This document shows positions 1 to 10,861 of a stretch of DNA of 64,000 nt, piece by piece (position 1 is the first letter of the stretch; each line of letters opens with the position of its first letter). The notes under the pieces were generated by a model. It worked only from the letters and a program-made list of their open reading frames with translations. It was not told where the DNA came from and ran no database searches. The DNA is from Acidimicrobiia bacterium. Its GTDB lineage: Bacteria; Actinomycetota; Acidimicrobiia; Actinomarinales; Actinomarinaceae. A program made the translations under genes and the position numbers. The DNA lies in assembly GCA_028376655.1 (NCBI GenBank), contig JAONAZ010000001.1:40784-104783 (forward strand), written 5' to 3'.

Positions 1-581
1 TTAGATTCTAAAAGACACCATATTAAAAAGAAATAAAAAATTGAGACAAATACTAGATTTACAAAATGTAACAAAATGAAATTATTATCAAACCAAAAAA
101 AAGAGTTTATATATTCACTAAGAGAAGAGTAGCCATATCTCATATAAACATTCCCCAGGCCAAGAACTACCTTTTCTGTCCTAATGTATAATTGATTATT
201 CAAATGGTAAGAAGCAGCATCTTGATGGAAGGAAATAGTGTTGCTGGAGACAGATAGGATAATTAAAGATAATATTCGAACAAATGAAATGCTTAAATTG
301 AATTCTCTAATCTGTGCTTTTCTTAAATTAAAAAAGAGTGGGATAAGTGAAAGGATATAAACAATATTATTAACTCCAGTTGTAAAGAAGTTAGAAATCA
401 AAACTAAATGTCCTATATAGAACAGAGCAATCACTGGATTAAGAATCCTTATTGGGAATCCATTTATTTTGTGATTTGAGATATTTGGTATCTTCAATAT
501 ATCTTCAGCGAAGATAATTATTCCTCTACCAATTAAGTATAAAAGGGCATAAAAAATGACATATACAAAAGCATTTATCAT
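1..581 (-). CDS. Multi-pass membrane protein, LIC_10190-like/putative GT-C fold (runs off the window edge)
   Basis: Not in the ORF track. Manual translation from ATG 581 is open to the edge: MINAFVYVIFYALLYLIGRG...HQDAASYHLNNQLYIRTEKVVLGLGNVYMRYGYSS; TATAAT lies 7 nt upstream. Confidence 0.7.
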   Translation of the reverse strand, partial: MINAFVYVIFYALLYLIGRGIIIFAEDILKIPNISNHKINGFPIRILNPVIALFYIGHLVLISNFFTTGVNNIVYILSLIPLFFNLRKAQIREFNLSISFVRILSLIILSVSSNTISFHQDAASYHLNNQLYIRTEKVVLGLGNVYMRYGYSSLSEYINSFFWFDNNFILLHFVNLVFVSIFYFFLIWCLLES

Positions 582-686
582 TTTATTGATTATAACAACC
601 TTTGGAATCCCAAATAATATATTCATTTATTTTATTTCTGTAAAAATTCACAAGTAGAATAAAAACTAATTGAAAAAATTAAGAAT

Positions 687-2315
687 ATGAAATTAAAAAA
701 TAATCTTTACAGAAACATTTATTCACTCTCTATAGGTTTTTTAACTTACTTATATATATTTGGAAATAACTTTCTTTTTTCAGATACTTCTTTTTTTTAC
801 ACTAAAGACCATCCAATGTTTCATGCTGGATATCTGTCATATATAAATGATGGGTGGAATTTTCCTCTAACAGTTACTAATAATCTATTCCCTGGTAGCA
901 ATTTTTCAATTATTTTTATGGACTCTATACCGATATACAGTCTATTTTTGAAAATAATTTATAGTACTTTTGGTGTAAAAGTATTTAACCCATTTCCAAT
1001 TTGGTATCTTATCTGTTTTATGTTGTTTGCCTTTTATGCCGGAAAAATCTTGAGTATTAAAGTAAAAAATAATTACATATTTGGAATGAGTTTAATATTA
1101 CTGGTTAATACTCCATTGATGGTCAACAGAATGGTTTGGCACTCAGCTCTAGCTGCTCATTGGCTAATATTGGTCAGTATTTACTACTATATAATCAATA
1201 AAGAAAACGATTTTAAATCATTAGGTATTTTTGCTTTTTTCACGGGGTTTTCAATATTTATACACCCTTACATCTTTACAATGATCACATCGATATACAT
1301 AGTTGTTTTATCCTTAGCTTTTTTAAGAAAAAAATACAAAGAAGCAATAAGCTCGATAGGTTTATTTGCCTTTCTTTTAATTGTTTATTTCTTTATATTT
1401 TTATCAGTAGACAATGGAAGCGTTTACCCAGGAACAGACTACAACAAATACGGAGCTGAATTTAATTCTTTCTTTTGTGGAGATTTTCCTATCGATTTGA
1501 TAAATGATGTTTTATGGTGCTATCCACCCTATACAACATTTGGACATGAAGGATATGCTTATTTAGGTTTGGGTTTTATTTTTTTACTTTCTTTGTTGGT
1601 TTTTCAACCTAAAAAAATATATTTTTCAATAAAAACAAATTACTTGTTGAGTTTTGGTTTATTTTTAATGGTAATTTATTCATTTGGAAACAAATGGAAA
1701 ATAGCTCACTATCAATTTTTTGAATTTCAACCATTGTTTTTTCATAAAGAATTACTTGAATTATTTAGAGCTACTGGAAGATATACATGGCCGGTTTGCT
1801 ATTTTCTTATGGTGTTTTTGATATTTAACGTAGCTTCACTGAAAAGAAAATATTTAGCATATGTTCTCCTTACATTCTCATTAATATTTCAGATAACAGA
1901 TATGAACAATATCTATGAAAGCAAATCTGAGTTGTTTCAAGTGAATACCTCTACAGAAGTTCAATCTCTGATGGCAAAAAATATTTATATGGAACACCCC
2001 GAACAAACCCTTTATTTACTACCTGATGAAACGTGTGCTTGGGGAGAGATTGATCACTACATTGTGGCACTTTACTACTTAAACCAAGGAGGGTCTATCC
2101 ACTCAACTAGAACCGCAAGACTAAAAATAAATACTGCATCTTGTAAGGGCTATAAAGTAAAAAATGATGTAGAAGAAAAAAATCCATTTCATTTTCTCTT
2201 GAATGACATTGCCTTGATTGAAGGAACTGACATTAAAAATCAATATAGCTGTATCCCTATTGAGAGTTTTGTAGAAAGCAACAGGAGACCTGTTTACTGT
2301 AAAAAAAACTCTTAA
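687..2315 (+). CDS. DUF6311-like multi-pass membrane protein, probable GT-C glycosyltransferase
   Basis: Motifs SIIFMDSIP, HSALAAHWLIL, EGYAYLGLG, FRATGRYTWP; many TM segments and a soluble C-terminal tail. Confidence 0.65.
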   Translation: MKLKNNLYRNIYSLSIGFLTYLYIFGNNFLFSDTSFFYTKDHPMFHAGYLSYINDGWNFPLTVTNNLFPGSNFSIIFMDSIPIYSLFLKIIYSTFGVKVFNPFPIWYLICFMLFAFYAGKILSIKVKNNYIFGMSLILLVNTPLMVNRMVWHSALAAHWLILVSIYYYIINKENDFKSLGIFAFFTGFSIFIHPYIFTMITSIYIVVLSLAFLRKKYKEAISSIGLFAFLLIVYFFIFLSVDNGSVYPGTDYNKYGAEFNSFFCGDFPIDLINDVLWCYPPYTTFGHEGYAYLGLGFIFLLSLLVFQPKKIYFSIKTNYLLSFGLFLMVIYSFGNKWKIAHYQFFEFQPLFFHKELLELFRATGRYTWPVCYFLMVFLIFNVASLKRKYLAYVLLTFSLIFQITDMNNIYESKSELFQVNTSTEVQSLMAKNIYMEHPEQTLYLLPDETCAWGEIDHYIVALYYLNQGGSIHSTRTARLKINTASCKGYKVKNDVEEKNPFHFLLNDIALIEGTDIKNQYSCIPIESFVESNRRPVYCKKNS

Positions 2316-2331
2316 CGAAAGTAACCTGAAA

Positions 2332-3954
2332 TTAGCCCAACTTACATTTTTGTAAGTAGCTAAGGTCTAATTCAGTGTTTCTGAGCCGAGTTGTGACTTT
2401 TTCTATAACCTCACATTCATAATTAAAATTATTGTTATAAAAACCACATGTATCAAAATTTAACATTGGTCTTCTTATGTTAATCAGATAAAAATCTTCT
2501 CCTTTTTTTATTTGCTTAACATCCAAAGCTTCTATTCTGTCATCTAAATAGGGTATGAAGACATTTGTAGGCTCACATGTGAAAATACTTGGATATTGCT
2601 CTAAAAGTATTTGTTTAGAAAGCTGCTTTCCTGAGTAACCCCAATAATCTGTTGGCCAATCTCCACAGCCATCTATTTGCTTACAGTCTCTGCTTATATT
2701 ATCTTCATCTGAAAATTCATTAAAATAAGTATATTTAAAAGGTCCTAATCCAGCTTGAGTATAGAAAGAATAAATAATAATAAAAATTACTAAAACATTT
2801 CTATATTTTGTATCTTTAATTTTCAACAAGGCTTCGACAAGAAGAATGCTGTAAAAAGGTAGCAAAAAAATATACTGTCTGATTCCATCATAAGTTATCG
2901 GAAGAAAGAATATGAAGGCGAGATTGACAGAAATAATATAGTATGTTGAGTATCTAAATAATGGACTTGTTTTTCTAAAAACTATGGTTGATAGGAATAA
3001 AAAAATTAAAGCTATGTGATAAACAACGGGGAGTTTATAAAAAAACCAGGTTAAAAGATATGTAGGATCCATTTCAGATGCAATAATGAACTCTCCGTTC
3101 GTAAGAGTTGATCCCGGCCATACAAGAAAAAACTGCGTTTTTATTGTCTCTTTTAAATATAAAACCGGTTTTTGCCATGAAGAAGGTGATCCTAAGAAAA
3201 ATAAAATTATTGATATTGAATAAATTACTAAATTTTCTATAAGAAAAGATTTTTTCTTTTTACAAATTATGAATAAGTAAAAAGAAAACATTCCTACAAA
3301 TAATATCCCACTAAAACGAATTAGTAGAACTGAAGAGATCAACAATATAGAAAAAAAGTTTTGAAACAGTCTAGTGGATGATTGTTCCGTCTCAAACAAT
3401 GATGTCTTAAGTAAATAAAGTGAAGTTATGAAAAGTTGTAGAGCGAATGGTATATCTTTTATATTAAATAGAGCGTGACCACTAAATGAAGGGATCATTA
3501 TTAGAAACAAAATAACTAATAAAGCGTTGTACCTACTATAAAAATTTAATAACAATTTATACGCTACGACAATTGCTATAACTATATAGATATTTAAAGT
3601 AATAAATCTTATAATATTTTCTTGATCAAATACATTCAATGGTGTGTACCCGTAGAGGAAGAGGACTTCGCTTAGTAGGCTTTGAACAAATTCGTTCTTT
3701 GTTAACACATACACCGGTATCCCAACAAGATATCCATAAAATTCAAGATTAAAATCAAATTCAGAGATAAAAGGATTAGAGGGTTCCTTGAAAAAAAGAG
3801 AAGCTTTTTCAATAATTCTTTGGGAAGTTTCTATTAATTTTTGGTCATCCCAAGTTGTGCCGCCAGAAAAAAGAGATTTAAACTGATTGTGGAGAAAGAA
3901 TGACAAAGTTAAAAATAGTAATAAACTCTCATTTTGAATTTTTTTCATATACAT
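2332..3954 (-). CDS. ArnT/PMT-like (GT-C) membrane glycosyltransferase
   Basis: TWDD acidic motif after TM1, then GHALFNIKDIPF, YDGIRQYIF, DYWGYS. Confidence 0.65.
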   Translation of the reverse strand: MYMKKIQNESLLLFLTLSFFLHNQFKSLFSGGTTWDDQKLIETSQRIIEKASLFFKEPSNPFISEFDFNLEFYGYLVGIPVYVLTKNEFVQSLLSEVLFLYGYTPLNVFDQENIIRFITLNIYIVIAIVVAYKLLLNFYSRYNALLVILFLIMIPSFSGHALFNIKDIPFALQLFITSLYLLKTSLFETEQSSTRLFQNFFSILLISSVLLIRFSGILFVGMFSFYLFIICKKKKSFLIENLVIYSISIILFFLGSPSSWQKPVLYLKETIKTQFFLVWPGSTLTNGEFIIASEMDPTYLLTWFFYKLPVVYHIALIFLFLSTIVFRKTSPLFRYSTYYIISVNLAFIFFLPITYDGIRQYIFLLPFYSILLVEALLKIKDTKYRNVLVIFIIIYSFYTQAGLGPFKYTYFNEFSDEDNISRDCKQIDGCGDWPTDYWGYSGKQLSKQILLEQYPSIFTCEPTNVFIPYLDDRIEALDVKQIKKGEDFYLINIRRPMLNFDTCGFYNNNFNYECEVIEKVTTRLRNTELDLSYLQKCKLG

Positions 3955-4007
3955 TTATATTTATTATTTAATATAACATTTAACTGTAGTATATTTATGA
4001 TAAGTTT

Positions 4008-4946
4008 ATGGTAAATGCCCCAATAGTATGTTTTGGATTTGATAGGCCTCATCATTTAGAAAATATGTTAACTTCATTGGAAATGAACTCCGAATCTTCT
4101 AAGAGTGATGTTTATATATGCATAGATGGACCGTCAGAAAAAACTGACATTTCTTTACACGAACAAACTAAAAATGTTGCAAAGAAAAATTGGAGATTTA
4201 AATCTACCACATTAATTTTTAGAGAAAATAATTTAGACTGTCGGACAAATATCATAACCACTATTTCTGAATTGTTTGAGAGCCATGAAGAGTTAATTAT
4301 ATTAGAAGACGATCTTGAGCTTGGTAAAAATTTTCTTAAGTTTATGAATGACTCTTTAGAAAAATACAAAGATAGTAACAACGTATGGCATGTTAATGGT
4401 TATGCATACCCTCAACTAAATTTTAAAAAAAGAGCAAGTATTGGGCGCTACATATCACCTTGGGGATGGGCAACCTGGAAAGATAAATGGGATATATTTG
4501 TTAAAAAAGATTATGACAAAACAAATATGATATCCCAACTAAGCGATGAAGAAAGAAACAAATTCAATGTTGAAAAACTATATGATTGGGAAAATATAAT
4601 TATTAAGAATGAAATTGGTGAAATAAGTGCCTGGGATGCATATTGGTATCAAGCGGTATTTTTGAACGATGGATATTCTATTTATCCAAACAAATCTCAT
4701 ATTAAAAATAAAGGATTTGATGGAACAGGGATGCACTGCTCAAATAATGATGATTGGAAAACCCCTTTGAACTCATCACAAACAAATCACTTCCCAAATA
4801 ATATTTCTGAAACTAAATTATTTAGATTCAATACATTGTTGTTCTATAGATATTACAATTTCAAAAGATATTTACGCTTTCACAAATCTAAAATAGAAAG
4901 CTTTGAGAATTTTAGGAATTTTCTTCGAAAAAAACTATCAATTTAA
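4008..4946 (+). CDS. GT-A fold glycosyltransferase (GT2-like)
   Basis: IILEDDL, WGWATW, NKGFDGTGMH motifs. Confidence 0.8.
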   Translation: MVNAPIVCFGFDRPHHLENMLTSLEMNSESSKSDVYICIDGPSEKTDISLHEQTKNVAKKNWRFKSTTLIFRENNLDCRTNIITTISELFESHEELIILEDDLELGKNFLKFMNDSLEKYKDSNNVWHVNGYAYPQLNFKKRASIGRYISPWGWATWKDKWDIFVKKDYDKTNMISQLSDEERNKFNVEKLYDWENIIIKNEIGEISAWDAYWYQAVFLNDGYSIYPNKSHIKNKGFDGTGMHCSNNDDWKTPLNSSQTNHFPNNISETKLFRFNTLLFYRYYNFKRYLRFHKSKIESFENFRNFLRKKLSI

Positions 4947-4947
4947 C

Positions 4948-5682
4948 TTAATAAAGCCTGCCTTCAGCATGGTTGCCGTCATAGTAAAACAGTGGTTCAT
5001 CAATGTACTGTAGGTCTGTATGCTCTAATATTCTTAACCAACAGTCATAATCTTCTGCCCAAGTTACATTGTTGAAACCATTTACCTTCTTCAATAAATC
5101 CAAACTCACTACTACGCTTGAAGTAATTACACAATTGTGGACTTTTAAAAATTCAAGTGAAAAATTACTTGGCAGTTCATTTTTAAATTTAAATTCAGTT
5201 TTTTTAAACTTCTTTTTTATGTCTTTAAAAAATTTCTGCTTATTATATAGCTTGTACTTATTATTATCAGAATATTCCCCATGACCAAAATATCCATCAG
5301 TAGAGGAAAAGGGGATTCCCATTTCCTCCATTATTGAAATCTGTTTTTGAAGTTTACCTGGTAGCCATAAATCGTCATCATCCAGAAATGCAACATATTC
5401 TCCCTTTGCCTGACTTATACCAATATTTCTTAATGACGCAATGTTTGCAGGGCCATTTTCATAATTTTTTTTTCTATCAACATCAAGGTCTAACCAATTT
5501 ACGAAATTTAATTTTTTCAGCGCACTTGATGAATATGATTCATCTGTTGATCCGTCGTTGATAATTATAACTTCTAATTTTCCATAATCCTGATTTTCTA
5601 CACTTTGAAATGCATTCAGTAAATATTTGTACCTGTTAAAAGTCGGAATAATAACGCTAACTTTGACATTATTTGAATTCAT
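4948..5682 (-). CDS. Glycosyltransferase family 2
   Basis: VSVIIPTFNR, NDGSTD, FLDDDD, AEDYD. Confidence 0.9.
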   Translation of the reverse strand: MNSNNVKVSVIIPTFNRYKYLLNAFQSVENQDYGKLEVIIINDGSTDESYSSSALKKLNFVNWLDLDVDRKKNYENGPANIASLRNIGISQAKGEYVAFLDDDDLWLPGKLQKQISIMEEMGIPFSSTDGYFGHGEYSDNNKYKLYNKQKFFKDIKKKFKKTEFKFKNELPSNFSLEFLKVHNCVITSSVVVSLDLLKKVNGFNNVTWAEDYDCWLRILEHTDLQYIDEPLFYYDGNHAEGRLY

Positions 5683-6542
5683 GTGCTTTTTCCTCTTTTG
5701 ACTTTACCAAACAATATTCTGGATTTCAGATAGGCAAAATTTATTAGTTCTCTAAATCTTAAAGTTAATAGTAATATTATTTTTTTGTTGTTAATTAAAG
5801 TCTGTACTGAATCTAAAAATTCATTTGGATATTTTAAATAAACATCTTTGTAAAAGTAAAGTTTATATTTTGCAACTCTCCACCTTGTGAAGTCATTCTT
5901 TTTTGAAGTGGTAAATTGAAAACGTTCGAACCTTTTGACAACTTTTAGCAAGTTCGAGTCTTTTAAGTGCATTTTGTAAACAGTTTCACAATTTAGGTAT
6001 TCAGGTATTGAGGAATTAAATAATCTAGTATCCAAATAATTGCATATATTTAAATACTCTTCTCCATACTTACTGGGAACTACCGCATGTCTATCACATA
6101 TTCCGGTATAGTTCTCCCCCTCTGGTATCCATATGTTTTCACCGGTAAATATGGGGTGGTTCATTATAAAAAATTGGTCGAAACGTGAATATATAAAATA
6201 ATCATATTTTTTTATGGTGTCTAAGTGGTTTTTACGAATAATATCTTTGATTGCAAAATGAACTGATCCGGAATTATATAGTCCAGTATCCTTTCCTAAT
6301 TCAAATACTTTTTTCCAGTCGCCATCAAAATTTTCTTTGTAATAATCAAACCAATCATCGTATCCATCGAATAGCCATTTATATTTAGCATTCCTGTATA
6401 AAGAAAGATTTTTATCTATAGTTTTTTCTGTGCATATTGCTAAATCTGCATTTAATGGCTTAAGAACATTCTTGTAAATTGTGCTCCAAGTTAGCTCTCC
6501 TCCCCTGGGCAACCCTACTAAAATTAATAAATATTTCTGCAC
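5679..6542 (-). CDS. Putative glycosyltransferase-like protein of unknown family
   Basis: YDYFIYSRFD and GICDRHA motifs; glycan-island context; GTG start with TATGAT 6 nt upstream. Confidence 0.5.
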   Translation of the reverse strand: MQKYLLILVGLPRGGELTWSTIYKNVLKPLNADLAICTEKTIDKNLSLYRNAKYKWLFDGYDDWFDYYKENFDGDWKKVFELGKDTGLYNSGSVHFAIKDIIRKNHLDTIKKYDYFIYSRFDQFFIMNHPIFTGENIWIPEGENYTGICDRHAVVPSKYGEEYLNICNYLDTRLFNSSIPEYLNCETVYKMHLKDSNLLKVVKRFERFQFTTSKKNDFTRWRVAKYKLYFYKDVYLKYPNEFLDSVQTLINNKKIILLLTLRFRELINFAYLKSRILFGKVKRGKST

Positions 6543-6653
6543 ATGTTTATCATAATATTTAAATTAAAGTTTTTTACAATTCACCTATTCTCTTGCTTAA
6601 ATACTTTTTTTTATAGTTTAGAAACACTCCAAAATTTAGTTACTATAAAAATG

Positions 6654-7490
6654 ATGAGAATAGATAAAGTTATACTTGCATCTGATAAGAATGATAAGTA
6701 CCTTTCCTTTTGGCCAAAGGTCAGTAAGGTGTGGAAAAATATCGGGATTGACCCAATACTTATTTTTGTTGGCACAGAACCTATAGATCTATGTAAAGAT
6801 GATAATGTTTTATTCTTTGATTCTAAGGAAATTAATCCTGGGTTTATTGCCAGAAATATCCGCATGCTTTACCCTGCTCTGTTTCCTAATGATATTTGTC
6901 TACTCTCTGATATTGATATAATGCCACTAGATAAAGATTACTTTTTGAAATATCCAAATAAATTGGATTCTGATTCTCTGTTAATTTTTAGAAGCAATTT
7001 AATTACGAATTCTCAGATTCCAATATGTTGGAATGCTGCCAAAGGAAGTCTGTGGGGTGAGGTTTTTAAAATATATGAAAAAAATGATATCTATAAAACT
7101 CTCTTAAAGTGGTCTGATGAAACAAAAAATGACTCTGATTCTGCCTGGTATAATGATCAAATTAAGCTGAAGTTCTATGTTGAAAAGCTCCAAATTGAGA
7201 AGCCAAACAAAGTGTTAAATTATGATGATGATGATTTTGGATTTAGGAGACTTGATAGGTCGAATTATACCCATGCTGTAAAATCGATCTTTAACAATGA
7301 AAAATATACAGACTTCCATATGCCAACTCCTTACACACGAAATAAATTACTTATTAAACTTGTCTCTGAATATTTTATATTTAAAAAAAAAGAGAGTTTA
7401 TTTTTGAAATATGTTCTTTTAACTTATGTATTAATAAAGAGATTAAAGTTGAATATCTCTAATAAATTGAAAGTTAAAACCGATGGTTAA
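6654..7490 (+). CDS. Putative glycosyltransferase-like protein
   Basis: DxD motif (LSDIDIMPL) and WYNDQ; start moved from 6543 to ATG 6654, which has TACTAT 7 nt upstream. Confidence 0.5.
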   Translation: MRIDKVILASDKNDKYLSFWPKVSKVWKNIGIDPILIFVGTEPIDLCKDDNVLFFDSKEINPGFIARNIRMLYPALFPNDICLLSDIDIMPLDKDYFLKYPNKLDSDSLLIFRSNLITNSQIPICWNAAKGSLWGEVFKIYEKNDIYKTLLKWSDETKNDSDSAWYNDQIKLKFYVEKLQIEKPNKVLNYDDDDFGFRRLDRSNYTHAVKSIFNNEKYTDFHMPTPYTRNKLLIKLVSEYFIFKKKESLFLKYVLLTYVLIKRLKLNISNKLKVKTDG

Positions 7491-8499
7491 GAAGATAACT
7501 TACCCAAAATATACATCAAAAAGAACTTTGCCAAAAAATTTTAAAGAATCTGATAAGCAAATTTTTTATAGTGAGTTCAACAAAAAGTTCCCAGGAAGTT
7601 ACACGATTATAAAAAAAAATGTAAAAATCTTAAATTTAAATTTATCAAAATACAATAATTTATTTTCCTACACAGAACATACAAAAATGAGCAAATATTC
7701 AATAAAGGACAATTTAAAAAATTTTAAGAATAGTAATTTTTCAGCTGATATTCCAAAAAAAAATATAGCTATTATTGAAAAAGGTAGCTGGATAGTAGAC
7801 GAAAAAAGTTTTCATTATTTTCATTGGATGTGTGATGCTTTACCTAGATTGCTTCAGATAATCAGATACGTTGATGAATTCCCTGTTCTTTTACCTAGTT
7901 CCTTCACAAGATATAGCTACATAATAGAAACTCTAGAAACTTTAAATATAAATTATATAATTTATGAAGATAGCCAAAAATACTTAGTAAAAAATCTTCT
8001 TATTTCGAGCCATGTGGCTTCTTCTGGTAATTTTAATAAAGAGAATATTATAGAATTATCAAGAAAACTACAGTGTAACCAAAACGAGATTGGTAAAAAA
8101 ATTTGGGTAAGCAGAAAGTTGTCAAAACATAGAAAAATTAGTAATGAAAATGAACTATACCAAATTCTTAAAAAATACAATTACGATATTGTGTATCCTG
8201 AGAAGCTTAGTTTTAAAGAACAAGTGAACCTATTTTCAAACACCAAGGTTATATCAGGACTTCACGGCGGAGGTTTGACAAATATGTTATTCATGAAAAA
8301 AAACTCTATTGTTTTTGAACTTAGAAGAGAGAATGATAACGTAAATAATTGCTACTTTTCGTTAGCCTCTGAATTAGACTTAAAATATTATTATTCATTA
8401 GAAACCAAACTTGATGATGACCTATATGTTGGTAATGTGCATGTGAATGTTGATAATTTTAGGTCAATATTAGATATGATAGAAGATGAAATACTATAA
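7483..8499 (+). CDS. Glycosyltransferase family 61 (DUF563)
   Basis: YFHWMCDALPRL, WVSRK..RKISNE, LSFKEQVNLF, GLHGGGLTNMLF. Confidence 0.85.
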   Translation: MVKKITYPKYTSKRTLPKNFKESDKQIFYSEFNKKFPGSYTIIKKNVKILNLNLSKYNNLFSYTEHTKMSKYSIKDNLKNFKNSNFSADIPKKNIAIIEKGSWIVDEKSFHYFHWMCDALPRLLQIIRYVDEFPVLLPSSFTRYSYIIETLETLNINYIIYEDSQKYLVKNLLISSHVASSGNFNKENIIELSRKLQCNQNEIGKKIWVSRKLSKHRKISNENELYQILKKYNYDIVYPEKLSFKEQVNLFSNTKVISGLHGGGLTNMLFMKKNSIVFELRRENDNVNNCYFSLASELDLKYYYSLETKLDDDLYVGNVHVNVDNFRSILDMIEDEIL

Positions 8500-9952
8500 T
8501 TTTTTAACCAAACCTCATGCACAATTTTGGCTAAAAATATACACATCTATTATTTTCTTATACTCACTTTCTGGGTATTTGCTTAAAGCTTTTCCACACA
8601 ATACAACAGCAAATATTCTTCCTGGAATTGCTCCTCTAATAAATCTTGGAAAACCATATTTAGATTATTGGGATGTTTATCCACCAGGAATATATATGTT
8701 CTATTATTTTCTTTATTTCATTGGGGGAAATACTTTTTTATCATATGCGGTAGCTCATGTGCTTATGCTTTCTTTAATAATCTATTTTGCTTACAAATTA
8801 TTTAGATTTTTATCCGATGAACCTATTTTATTCTACATTGCTGTAAGTTATTTTTTAAGTCCATTATTTATCAGCTACACCTTGCCTAATGAAATAGTCG
8901 GCTTATTTTTTTCATTTTTGGGTCTATACATTTATACATCAAATAGTAGCGAGAGATTATATAATTTCTTTCTTGCTAATTTCTTTCTTATAACTGCAGC
9001 TTTTATAAAAGAAATATTCTTTCTGCCAGCATTTTGTGTAATTCTATACACCATTCTAAAAGGAGAGAGTCGCAAGTTTATATCTTCATTTTTAGGTTTG
9101 CTGGGAAGCTTGACATTGATTTATCTTTATATGCATAATCTCCAAATTTATAATGAGGTAATCCAAAATTATATTTTTAAATTTTCATTATTTAGTTTTG
9201 AAAATATTTTACAAAAAGGTTTTTTATTAATTGCCCCAGTACTTTTCTTATGTTTTTATGTAGTATTTTCTAAAAATAGCTCCATAAAAAAATTACTAAA
9301 AGAACTAGACCGTAGTTCTGTAATTTACTTCTATTCTGTTTTAATTCTTTTTTCTTTTTTAATTATTGGAAGAGATGATGGAGGTCATTTTGATATACCA
9401 AAAATTTTTCCTTTATTTTTTATTTTTATTCCAATGGTCAAGAAGGCTTCCCGTAACATGAAAATTCTATCTATATTATTGGTAATATTTGTTTCCGGAT
9501 ATTTCTTGAAATTCCAACACTCGACTTACTCATATTTATTAATCGAACCAAGCTTTAGTATAAGTGAAACTTATTCTCCCCCAGAAGTATCAAGAGACCT
9601 TGCAGATTCTCTTGAGAGGTTAAAGCCGTCAATTTTATATCTATATGGCTGGGGGAGCACTAATTTTTATTACAATCTTAACATACAACCCTATAGTAAA
9701 TATTGGATTGTAAATCCTCAAATTCTCACAACATTTCAAATTAATGAATTAAAGGAAGAGATTTCGATAGATCCACCTGAGTATATTTACTATTGTGGTT
9801 TTGATGCTAACTGCCAAGCTGGTTTTGATTATAAAAATTTTGAAGAAAACTACATTAACTTTTATGAAATTGTATCAAATTGTTATGTAAACATTGAGAA
9901 AAATTTTTATCATCTCCAGAAAAAATCTTGTCTCGAAAATATTAGATATTGA
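8486..9952 (+). CDS. Putative GT-C membrane glycosyltransferase
   Basis: GKPYLDYWDVYPPGIY loop motif after TM1; many TM helices; soluble C-terminal domain. Confidence 0.6.
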   Translation: MKYYNFLTKPHAQFWLKIYTSIIFLYSLSGYLLKAFPHNTTANILPGIAPLINLGKPYLDYWDVYPPGIYMFYYFLYFIGGNTFLSYAVAHVLMLSLIIYFAYKLFRFLSDEPILFYIAVSYFLSPLFISYTLPNEIVGLFFSFLGLYIYTSNSSERLYNFFLANFFLITAAFIKEIFFLPAFCVILYTILKGESRKFISSFLGLLGSLTLIYLYMHNLQIYNEVIQNYIFKFSLFSFENILQKGFLLIAPVLFLCFYVVFSKNSSIKKLLKELDRSSVIYFYSVLILFSFLIIGRDDGGHFDIPKIFPLFFIFIPMVKKASRNMKILSILLVIFVSGYFLKFQHSTYSYLLIEPSFSISETYSPPEVSRDLADSLERLKPSILYLYGWGSTNFYYNLNIQPYSKYWIVNPQILTTFQINELKEEISIDPPEYIYYCGFDANCQAGFDYKNFEENYINFYEIVSNCYVNIEKNFYHLQKKSCLENIRY

Positions 9953-10775
9953 AATATGCTGGTCTTTTTTTATAGTAATTTTTAAAAATACTATATTTAA
10001 CTCTATCTTTTATTCCATGACCTTTTTTACGTACTGCTAGTATCGGGTAATCAAACTGCATATCCTCTCTAGATCTAAAGTCGGTTTCATTTTCAATTCT
10101 CACACAACCATGTTTTTTACTTAACAAGCTTAAAATACTTTGATCATGTCTGCATTCCTCAAACCCATCAATCTGAATTGAATTGTTGTAGTGATCAGTT
10201 ATGAGGTTGTTATCTGCATCAACAACTTTAATAAATGTGTCTAGCAACTCAAGAGTGTGTTCATTTTTCTTAAAGAGCAAATGTCCACCCTCTAACTGTG
10301 TTGAGTTGCCGATCTCGGAGTCAATCGAAATCTTCAACTCAGAAAAAACTTCTTTTGATGTCCAAATCTTCTCTATATGGTGTTTTTCGGACTCAAATCG
10401 TAGGTTTCCAATTTCTCTAACTTCATTAATCATTTGTATATATTCGTAAAACCTCTTCTTTGCAAAATAGTTTAACGATGATCCTGCATCCATGTATAGT
10501 AAAATATCATTGTCCTTCATTTCCTTGAGTGTTTTATTGATGATATTGATCTTCCAAAGCCAATAACCTCCTCCTCTTTCATACTTAAGGATATTTAAAT
10601 ATTTTTTAACAAATTCATCATCTAGATCTTGTCGTGAATAAGAAATTACATTATCAAAGAATTTTGACTCTTGAGCCAGTGATGTTAAATGTTTCTTAGA
10701 AATATTAAATTCTGAAGTATCACTGTAAGTTATAAAGTTTATTCTTTGTTTCATTTTTTTTCTTAATTCAAACAT
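9942..10775 (-). CDS. Putative glycosyltransferase-like protein
   Basis: RGGGYWLWK, LYMDAGS, RHDQSILSLL motifs. Confidence 0.55.
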   Translation of the reverse strand: MFELRKKMKQRINFITYSDTSEFNISKKHLTSLAQESKFFDNVISYSRQDLDDEFVKKYLNILKYERGGGYWLWKINIINKTLKEMKDNDILLYMDAGSSLNYFAKKRFYEYIQMINEVREIGNLRFESEKHHIEKIWTSKEVFSELKISIDSEIGNSTQLEGGHLLFKKNEHTLELLDTFIKVVDADNNLITDHYNNSIQIDGFEECRHDQSILSLLSKKHGCVRIENETDFRSREDMQFDYPILAVRKKGHGIKDRVKYSIFKNYYKKRPAYFNI

Positions 10776-10861
10776 AGCTTGTTTTGAATTAAAAATAATC
10801 CATAAAAAATTTATTGTTAAATTAAATAAAAATTTTAATTAAATGTAATCTTGTTAATAAT

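Noticed and set aside
6543..6653. N-terminal extension of ORF 6543..7490
   Set aside because: It would abut the divergent start at 6542 with no promoter space; ATG 6654 has a well-placed -10 box
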